NCBI GenBank assembly: GCA_963669175.1 | Contig: OY769902.1 | Location: forward strand, 4,505,081 to 4,569,080 | DNA length: 64,000 nucleotides | Origin: a bacterium | Lineage (GTDB): Bacteria > Electryoneota > Electryoneia > Electryoneales > Electryoneaceae | Direction of reading: 5' to 3' | Shown: positions 38,278 through 47,900 of the stretch, piece by piece | Position numbering within the stretch: the stretch's first letter is position 1 | Layout of the letters: each line of letters begins with the position of its first letter | Notes under the pieces: generated by a model | Seen by the model: only the letters and a program-made list of their open reading frames with translations | What the model was told of the DNA's origin: nothing | Database searches by the model: none | Program-made: the position numbers and the translations under genes

Positions 38278-39234
38278 CTACACAGCTTTCGGTAACGGCT
38301 CGTTTAAATCATCCGATACTTTCCCGATTTGATCTGCTTCCATCATCGCATTTCTCATCTGTTCAGTCAGTGAGGCCAAGTGACCTGGTGAGTGAGGGAT
38401 CAGAATCGCATTCGATCTTGATGACGCCCCGATTTCCTTCAGCATGTCGAAATACTGCGTCATCAAGACAAGGTTCATCACATCCTTGGCGGTCGTACCA
38501 GGCACTGATTTACGGAATTCATCCACAGAATCGCGAAGTCCGGCAACAATCGCCTGCCGTTGATCTGCAATACCCTGCCCCTGTAAAGCTTTGCTCTGTG
38601 CCTCACCTTCGGCAGCTTTTACTTTCAGAATCCGATCAGCTTCGCCGCGTTCGGTTGCCGCCACTCGCATCCGCTGTGCAGCGTTGATCTCGTTCATGGA
38701 TTCTTTCACTTTCGGGTCAGGATCAATGTCGGTAACAAGAGCTTTGAGGATACCGTACCCGAATCCTTCCATCACCTGCGCCAGTTCACTCATGACGATA
38801 TCAGCAATATCATCTTTCTTCTCGAAAACATCATCCAACTTGATCTTTGGCACTTGTGCCCGGACGACATCAAACACATAGGACGTGATCTGTCGATTGG
38901 GATTATCAAGCTTGTAGAAGGCATCATACACCTTGTCTGGAAGCGCATAAAACTGGACTGAGACCATCATCCTGACAAACACGTTGTCCTCAGTTTTTGT
39001 CTCAATCTCTACATCGAGTTGTTGAACACGCATATTAACAGAACCAGCCACACGATCTATAAAAGGGACTTTAGTATGTATACCTGGACCTGTTTCTCGA
39101 ATGAACTTTCCAAATCTTTGGATGATCTTGACAGAACGTTGATGAACTGTAAAGAATGTTGCTTTTAATACTGTTGATGCTAGAACAATCAATACGAAAG
39201 CAACAAATATAAATGCGATTTGTGGGGTCAACAT
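38278..39234 (-). CDS. SPFH/band-7 (stomatin/prohibitin-like) membrane protein
   Basis: N-terminal TM helix then band-7 core. C-terminal coiled coil (RGEADRILKVKAAEGEAQSKALQG). Confidence 0.8.
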   Translation of the reverse strand: MLTPQIAFIFVAFVLIVLASTVLKATFFTVHQRSVKIIQRFGKFIRETGPGIHTKVPFIDRVAGSVNMRVQQLDVEIETKTEDNVFVRMMVSVQFYALPDKVYDAFYKLDNPNRQITSYVFDVVRAQVPKIKLDDVFEKKDDIADIVMSELAQVMEGFGYGILKALVTDIDPDPKVKESMNEINAAQRMRVAATERGEADRILKVKAAEGEAQSKALQGQGIADQRQAIVAGLRDSVDEFRKSVPGTTAKDVMNLVLMTQYFDMLKEIGASSRSNAILIPHSPGHLASLTEQMRNAMMEADQIGKVSDDLNEPLPKAV

Positions 39235-39430
39235 GTTTATCCTTTCGAAGAAATGGACGTATCACGTATCCTGGCTATTATCCCAGGCCGGAAAAAAACA
39301 TCCGTTCTCAATACAACTATGTTCTCAGTTTGCCGGTATGGTCGGTTAAAAAGGTTGAGTGTGGAGTGGCTCAAATGCCAAACAAAGCGGATTCAGGTTT
39401 GGTAAGATGGATGAAGAATTGTCTTAGCGA

Positions 39431-40285
39431 TTATGCGCTTTCCGATGTTTCTTTGGAATTGGTCAACAGTCCTCTCTTGAGTATTGTGCTGAGGGTGAGT
39501 TTCCACTCTTCCCAAACCGTTTCGTCATGAAAATCACGCTCGTTAATCATCAGTATCAGGGGTGCGAGATAGATCGCACTATAACCGATCGCCAGCAGGC
39601 ATTCTCGTACGGCTTCAACTGGTAATTCTACAGCTTTGCCTTTCTTGACAGCAGAAAGGTACGCGTCATGAAAATGCAGATTTGCGCCAAGAGGGCCATG
39701 TTCCGATACGTCCTTCAGCGCATTTCTCAAATGGACCGCCCCGTCTGCGATCTCACGGCGAAGCAGTGAAGCCCATTGCGGATTGTCGTGAAGCACTGTC
39801 ATTAAACGTATGGGTGAATCAATCAATTTTTCCTCAGGCGACTGATTTTTACCATCTTCTCCGAAGATGACCGCCAGCATGCTCATACCCTCGTGCTTCA
39901 GCACTGATTCGTACAGCTTTTTTTTACTGCTGAAATAGTAGTGGATCATGACCTGCTTGACCCCTGCCTCTTTGGCAATAGCCCTGGTGCTCGTAGATTT
40001 GAAACCGTGCTTGGCGAATAACTGGGTAGCAGCGATGAAGATCTTACCAGCCGGTGTGTTCGGGTCAGGAGGCATTGGTGGTCCATCAATCCTTGTCACA
40101 GATAGTGTGTCGTCTGAAGAATTGAAATAGGGAGCCTTTGATTCCGTAGACAAAGACTTTCCGGCGGATGAAGTCATGTCGTTCAACTCCTTTTCATGGT
40201 CTGCTGTACAATCAGTGGCCCTAATCTTTCGCATGACACTGTCATATGATATAGACGATTGACACTGTCTATTGACAGTATACAC
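39431..40285 (-). CDS. TetR/AcrR-family transcriptional regulator (true start probably an internal Met)
   Basis: HTH FAKHGFKSTSTRAIAKEAGVKQVMIHYYF. Confidence 0.7.
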   Translation of the reverse strand: MYTVNRQCQSSISYDSVMRKIRATDCTADHEKELNDMTSSAGKSLSTESKAPYFNSSDDTLSVTRIDGPPMPPDPNTPAGKIFIAATQLFAKHGFKSTSTRAIAKEAGVKQVMIHYYFSSKKKLYESVLKHEGMSMLAVIFGEDGKNQSPEEKLIDSPIRLMTVLHDNPQWASLLRREIADGAVHLRNALKDVSEHGPLGANLHFHDAYLSAVKKGKAVELPVEAVRECLLAIGYSAIYLAPLILMINERDFHDETVWEEWKLTLSTILKRGLLTNSKETSESA

Positions 40286-40340
40286 TTATATTTCCATAAA
40301 TGCAAGAAGTTTCTTTAGTTTAATGAGAATAGAGCGGATG

Positions 40341-41852
40341 TGTTTCTCGTCAAAATGCACTTCAAAGCGCCAAGCCGATTTGTATCTAAGTTTCTTGGTG
40401 TGCCTCTTCAAAATTCCATCTGCTTTATCGGAACTGAGTCTTATCGATTCCGGAGGGTACACGAATTCCCCAGAGAACCCAACTTTTCACGCGCCTGAAA
40501 TAAATCCGTTGCATGAGGCCTCGGTCAATGTCGTTTCCTTCGCCAACCGATTTCCATACCTTACGCACTCGCCATCAACTGCAGTTGGAAAACCTCCTGC
40601 TGCGGCACCAGTTGGCAATCGTGCAACGAACCAGCAAGAACCCAGGCTTCGGAGTTCAGATCGAGCCCTTATTCTATTCCTGACTCGTTTGCTGAAGAGC
40701 TGGAAAGACGCCCTGATCATTGTGAAACCGGGAACCGTCATAAAGTGGCACCGTCAGGGCTTCAAGCTGTTCTGGCAATGGAAAAGCCGTCCACGTAAGA
40801 AGGGCAGGAATCGTATCAACCCCGAGGTCAGGAAACTGATCCGTGACATGAGCCGGGCCAATCCTCTCTGGGGTGCGCCACGCATTCACGGCGAGTTGAT
40901 GAGATTAGGAATCGAAGTTTCCGAGGCCACTGTCAGCAGGTACATGGTCAAGCAGAGGAAACCGCCATCCCAGACATGGCGCATCTTCCTGAACAACCAC
41001 GTGAAAGACATTGCATCCATCGACTTCCTCGTCGTGCCGATGGTCAATTTCAAGCTGCTGTACGTCCTGGTTGTCCTTTCACACGAACGGCGCAAGATCG
41101 TTCATTTTAATGTCACCGATTCTCCTACTGCTGTCTGGACAGGTCAGCAGATCATTGAAGCGTTTCCGTACGACACAGCTCCGAAATACCTAATAAGAGA
41201 TAATGATAAAATCTATGGTTTTGACTTCAAGGAGAAAGTCAGAGCCTGTGGTATCACGCCCATAAGAACAGCGTACCGGTCGCCCTGGCAGAACGCCTAC
41301 TGTGAACGGGTGATCGGTACGCTGCGACGTGACTGTATCGACCACATCATCGTTTTCAGCAGAAGACACCTGATGCGTGTTCTGCGCGAGTACGTTGACA
41401 CCTACTACAACTCCGAGCGTACGCACCTTTCACTAGACAAGGATTCCCCCGAACCGAGGCCGATTCAGGATTCAAAATCTGGAAGCATTGTTGAGATGCC
41501 GGTTTTAGGTGGACTGCACCACAGGTATTTCAGGAAAGCTGCCTGATTGCTGGTGTAGTGGCTGTCAGGTTTGAAGTCTGGTTGGTCGTTGGGTTGGTGA
41601 ATCAATCTGCGGGATTCTCTGCCTCAAATCTACAATTTGTGTGATTTTGCTTCATCTCATCCAAGATTTTCCTCATTCCCCTCATGCGAGACTGATTTTT
41701 TCTTCCGACTCGACTACATTTGATCAAAATTCTGAGTATTTCACCCTGTATTTACGCACGGATTGTATTTTGACGAGGGACAGGAGAAAATTCGTCAGGA
41801 TTTTGAGGTTCTCGCTCTCAATTTCGCACGGATTGCATTTTGACGAGGGACA
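40341..41852 (+). mobile_element. IS481-like (rve-superfamily) insertion sequence, copy 1, with tandemly duplicated termini
   Basis: Left-end-like sequences at 40341 (TGTTTCTCGTCAAAATGCAC) and 40399 (TGTGCCTCTTCAAAATTCC). Right ends ...TTTTGACGAGGGACA at 41782 and again at 41852. Internal rve transposase. Confidence 0.65.
40528..41546 (+). CDS. IS481-like DDE/rve transposase, split in two frames (orfA 40528-40683; orfB continues to 41546)
   Basis: orfA ...LENLLLRHQLAIVQRTSKN then a stop. The other frame continues ...EPRLRSSDRALILFL...VKPGTVIKWHRQGF... plus rve core (D, D, E region, SHERR, YRSPWQNAYCER). Frame change is at AAGAACCC. Confidence 0.7.
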
Positions 41853-41985
41853 GCTGACTCGTATTCAAGGCTGCGGGTGAGAAGTAACTTGTTTTGTTCG
41901 ATACGAAATCGTATATTGTCATGTGACAGTGTCGAACGACTAACCAACACGGCCATTCGCCAACCGACTCGAGTCACCGCCGGGG

Positions 41986-44900
41986 TTGTACCCACACCAG
42001 CCTTTTAGTTTTGCATCTCTCATGCCCCCTCGGCAGCCCTTGTTTGCAAAGAAAGGCAGGATGATGATGGCTTCCGGTATCGAAACTGCTCGCAAGACCT
42101 TCCTCCGAATCCTGGCAACATTTCAAGTGAAAAAACTTGTTCAGACTCCTGCCACCGTTGTACAACCGCTTCGTTCCGAATTGTTCAGCGCCGACCAAAT
42201 GGAACGCCACGGTAGAATCCTCGCCAATCTCCACCAGACAAAACACTCACGCTCGCGAGACCATCTCCTGCCCAGGTTGGCGGAAAACGAGATAAAGTTA
42301 CTCGAAGTACAACGATGCCTGGAAGAGGATATCCGGATCGACCGCAGGATCACCCCTGCCGGTGAATGGTTGCTTGACAACTTCTACTTGATCGAGGAGC
42401 AGATTCGGACAGCCAAAAAATACTTGCCGAAGCAGTACAGCCGTGAGCTGCCGTACATCGAAAATGGCCCATCGGCAGGACTTCCCCGCGTGTTTGATCT
42501 CGCATTTGAAACCATCGCGCATGGCGATGGCCGTGTCGATCCGGAGAATCTCAGCCGTTTTGTCTCAGCGTATCAATCCGAGGTTCCCCTGCAGCTGGGG
42601 GAATTGTGGGCGATTCCCATCATGTTGCGCCTGGCGCTAATCGAGAACCTGCGGCGAGTCGCGGATCGGATCTTTGCCGACCTGACCAACCGGAATCACG
42701 CGGAGCATTGGGCGGAACAAATGATTGAAGTGGCGGCGAATCACCCGACACAGTTGATCCTGGTCATTGCCGATATGGCACGCTCGAACCCGCCGATGGA
42801 GAGCTCTTTCGTGGCGGAATTGACTCGATTGTTGCAAGGGCATGGGCCGGCGCTGGCTCTGCCATTGACATGGATGGAGCAACAGTTGTCCGAAAGCGGA
42901 GTGACGGTCGAACAGTTGGTCCGCGCAGAAAATCAGAACCAGTCCACCGATCAGGTTACCATGAGCAATAGCGTTGGCAGCTTGCGCTTCCTCGGGACGA
43001 TGGACTGGCACGAATTTGTTGAAACCATGAGCACGGTCGAACAGATTTTATCGCAAGATCCGGTTGATCTCTACAGCAGGATGGAATTTGACACTCGCGA
43101 CCAGTACCGTCATGTGGTGGAAAAGGTGGCTCGCAGGAGTCCGCTGTCGGAAAGCGAAGTGGCTGGCGTGGCGATCGAATTGGCACGACAGGGATCGACT
43201 CGAGAGGGCGCTGCATCGCGTGAATCCCATGTCGGCTACTATCTGATTGACAAAGGGTTGCCGCTGCTTGAACGGCAGACAAGCATGCGCTTGTCCCCTG
43301 TGGCGAGACTTGGCAGGCTGCTTAGCAGGTTTTCAGTGCCGCTTTATGCCAGTGCCATTTTTCTCTTTGCCGTGATCACCACCGCGGGCTTTCTTGCCAA
43401 GGCATCCTCGGGCGGATTGCATGGTTGGGTTCTTGTACCCCTGGCCGCCCTCTTTCTCATCGCAGCCAGTCCGTTGGCCGTCGGTCTGGTGAACTGGCTG
43501 ATGACATTAACCACCAACCCTTCGCCACTGCCCCGGATGGATTACTCACACGGAATACCGTCGGAATTTCGAACTCTTGCGGTCATCCCCACAATGCTCA
43601 CCAGCGCCGCGAGTATCGATGCACTGGTGGAAGCGCTGGAGGTTTGTTACCTCGGGAATCGTGATCAGCATCTTCATTTCGGATTGTTGACCGATTTCCG
43701 CGATGCCAACAAGGAAACCTTGCCCGAAGACCAACCCCTCCTGCAACAGGTTCAGCACGGAATTGAAAAATTGAACCACAAATATCGGAGTTTTGCTGGT
43801 AACACCTTTTTCCTGTTCCATCGACCCCGGCGGTGGAACCCTCGAGAAGGTATGTGGATGGGGTATGAGCGCAAACGTGGAAAATTGTTGGATCTTAACA
43901 GGATGCTGCGCGGGGGAGATACGACTCCGTTTGCTGTGATCATCGGGGACGTTAGTGTGCTGTCGAATGTGAAGTATATCATCACTCTCGACACCGATAC
44001 TCAGCTTGCGCGCGACACGGCGAGACAGTTTATCGGCACGATGACACATCCGCTCAATCGACCGTTCTACGATGAAAAACACGAACGTGTTGTGGCGGGG
44101 TATGGAATTCTGCAACCTCGTCTTGCGGTTAGCCTCGCCGGTACTCGCTGGTCGCGTTACGCCCGCATGTGCACCACGGAATCCGGGATAGATCCCTACA
44201 CTCGTGCTGTATCCGATGTTTATCAGGATCTTTTTGGCGAAGGATCGTTCATAGGGAAAGGTATCTATGATGTAGATGCAATTGAACGCACTCTGGCCGA
44301 CCGATTTCCGGAGAATCGCATTCTCAGTCACGATCTTCTGGAAGGTTGTTATGCGCGGTCGGGATTGCTGAGTGATGTTCAGCTGTATGAAAACTACCCA
44401 TCTGCCTATTTTGCTGATGTTAACCGCCGCTATCGCTGGATCCGCGGAGACTGGCAGATTGCTCAATGGGCGCTGCCCCTCGTTCCCAATAAGACCGGTC
44501 ACACGGTGAAAAACCCGCTGTCGGCCCTGTCCATGGTAAAAATCTTTGACAACCTGCGACGTAGTGTAACCTCGGCCGGCCTGACCCTGCTGCTCCTGTT
44601 GGGTTGGTTTGTCCTGGTTGACGCCAGGTTCTGGACCCTGGCGGTGATCGGGATCGTGATCCTTCCCACTTTGCTCGCTTATCCCTTGACGCTGTTGCGG
44701 AAACCGGGCGATCAGACTCTCGCGCAACATCTCTCCGCGGAATTTCAGGTAGTCGCGAATCGCCTCCTTCGGGATGTCTTCACGCTTGTCTGCCTGCCAT
44801 TTGAAGCAGCCTACAGCCTCGATGCCATCGCCCGGACCCTATGGCGAATGGTGATCTCCCATCGACGGTTAATGCAATGGAATCCTTCCAGCGATGACTC

Positions 44901-47900
44901 CCAATCGGATCAAGTGGACATCGCTCGATCCGTGCGGAAAATGTGGAGTGGTCCATTTGTCGCCATAGTGGCCTTTATCGGCTTGGTTCTGTTCGACCCG
45001 GCTGCACTGATGTTCGCAGCCCTCCTGCTGGGGCTCTGGTTTTTCTCGCCGATCATTGTCTGGTGGATGAGCCGTCCGCCAGGGCGCCGGCTGGAAAAAC
45101 TCTCAGCGGATCAAATCGTTTATTTGAACAAGCTCGCCCGGAAAACATGGTCATTCTTCGAGACCTTCGTTGGCCCCGAGGATCACTGGCTTCCTCCCGA
45201 CAATTACCAGGAACAACCGGTTTCCGCGGTTGCGCACCGAACGTCACCAACCAACATCGGACTGTCACTCCTGGCCGCATTGGCCGCATACGACTTTGGA
45301 ATGATCTCAGCAGGAAAATTGATTGATCGCACCGCACACACCTTTGCGACGATGGCGAGCCTGGAACGATATAAAGGCCATTTCTTCAACTGGTATGACA
45401 CTCAGACCTTGAAACCCTTGTCCAATTACATTTCATCGGTTGATAGCGGAAATCTGGCGGGCCATTTATTGACGTTACACCCGGGGTTGCTTGGGTTGAT
45501 TGAAGAAAAGATCGTCGGCCCCCGGGTCTTTGACAGTCTTCGCACAAGCCTCGAGATATTGAGAGACACGATGGCCGTTTCGCAACGGCCGGTTTCGTTG
45601 GACCCCCTGGACGAACTCCAACAGATCCTGACGGCTGCACGTACCCCCCCAGCTTCGCTAATCGAAACGAAACAATTGTTGCAGAAACTGGTGACCAGCT
45701 CATCCCACCTTATTGCACATCTAGAGATCAGCCAATCCGCCCCCCAGGGTGATGAACTGGACTGGGCTCGGGCATTCGCGGTGCAATGTGCGGATATCCT
45801 TGACGATCTGACAGAACTGGCCCCCTGGATTGGTGTGGAATTCCCGCAGCAAGCCGGTGATCGAATATCCAGCCTTGACAGCATTCCCACCCTGCTTGAA
45901 GTAGCGGCACTGAGCGGGAAACTCCAGCCTGAATTCGATCTCTTCCATCAAATAGACGAATCGGAGGAAAACGGATCAGAAGTTGCCGAACTCGAACGTC
46001 TGGTTGTGGAAGGTAGTCAGCATGCCGCCGCACGGATCGCCATGGTCCAGATGCTGGCCACACAAAGCCAGGACATGAGCCAGATGGACGTTCGCTTCCT
46101 CTACAATGAGTCGCGACATCTGCTGACGATCGGGCATAATGCCGGGAAACAGGAGCAGGATGCTTCGTGCTATGACCTCCTCGCGTCAGAGGCGAGATTT
46201 TCCTGTTTTGTCGCCATTGCTCAGGGCCAGTTGCCGCAGAAGAGCTGGTTTTCCCTGGGGCGACTCCTGACCAATGTGGGCGGAGATCCAGCTCTACTGT
46301 CGTGGAGCGGGTCGATGTTCGAGTACTTGATGCCCCTGTTGGTGATGCCCACATACCCGCAAACGCTTCTTGATCAGACGTGCAGGGCAGTGGTGGCCCG
46401 GCAGATTGACTATGGAAACAAGAGCGGCGTGCCTTGGGGCATTTCGGAATCCGGCTACAACGCCATTGATGCGCAGAGGAACTACCAGTACCGTGCATTT
46501 GGCGTTCCCGGTCTGGGCTTACAACGTGGACTTGCGCAGGATCTGGTGATTGCACCCTATGCTTCTGCGCTTGCGTTGATGATCTCGCCGTTGGCCGCAT
46601 GCGAGAATCTCGAAAGGCTTTCCGGGGCAGGTTATGAGTCTCGGTTCGGTCTGTACGAGGCGATTGACTTCACACCATCCCGCCTTCCGCGTGGGAAATC
46701 CAATGCCATCGTCCATTCCTTCATGGCGCATCACCAGGGGATGAGTCTGTTGTCGTTGGCACGCCTTCTGCTGGATCAACCGATGCAGAAACGCTTTGCG
46801 TCAAATCCGCAGTTTCAGGCGACCATGCTGTTACTGCAGGAACGCATCCCGAAATTGACCTCCAGCTACAAGCCCACAACCGGAAGCTCTAAACTGATTC
46901 TGGCCTCAGATTCCTCCGAGATCCCTATTCGCGTTTTCACTACACCGGATACGGCCAACCCGCAAGTACAGTTGCTCTCCAACGGTCGCTATCATGTGAT
47001 GATTACCAATGCCGGCGGAGGGTACAGCCGATGGAAGGACATCGCCGTCACCCGCTGGAACGAAGATCGAACATGCGATAACTGGGGCAATTTCTGTTAC
47101 CTCCGCGATGTTGACAGCGGGGACATGTGGTCGGCGACATACCAGCCGGCACTCAAATCCTCCCCACAATTTGAGGCGGTTTTTTCGGAAGGTCGAGCGG
47201 AGTTTCGGGGGAGTGATCACAGCTTCGACACCTACTGTGAAATTGCGGTCTCCCCCGAGGACGACATCGAGATGCGACGGGTCCGGGTCACCAACCGTGC
47301 GAAAACCAGGCGTGTACTCGAGGTCACCAGCTATGCAGAGGTTGTCCTTGCCCCTGCCATCGCCGATGCTCTCCATCCAGCCTTCAGCAATCTCTTTGTC
47401 CAGACAGAGATCCTGTCCCACGAGCGCGCCATTCTCTGCACCCGCCGTCCCCGCTCCCCTGACGAAAAAGCGCCGTGGATGATGCATTTGATGACCGTGC
47501 ATGGGGCGGATGTGATGGGCGTATCCTATGAGACGGACAGGATGAAATTCATCGGCCGCGGGAACACAGTCGTCAACCCCGCCGCCCTAACGGACATCGC
47601 GGCAGGTGGCAGCGGGGGATTGTCGAATAGCGAGGGGTCGGTGCTCGACCCGATTGTCGCCATCCAATACCGGATCGCGCTGGATCCGGGAGAATCGGCG
47701 ACGGTTTACATGGTCACCGGGATCGGAGGCACTCGGGAGACGGCTCTCGGTCTTGTTGAGCGCTACCGGGATCGGCGCCTGGCGGATCGTGTTTTCGATC
47801 TGATCTGGGCGCACGGACAGGTGTTGCTGCGTCAGTTGAACGCTATGGAATCCGATGCCCAGCTCTATTTGCGCCTCGCCAGCTCGATCATTTATCCGAA

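Noticed and set aside
40272-40527. N-terminal 85 codons of the 424-aa ORF (MTVYTYISINARSFF...)
   Set aside because: This stretch reads through the IS left terminal repeat and non-coding leader. The genuine transposase N-terminus (ENLLLRHQ...) is in another frame starting at 40528.
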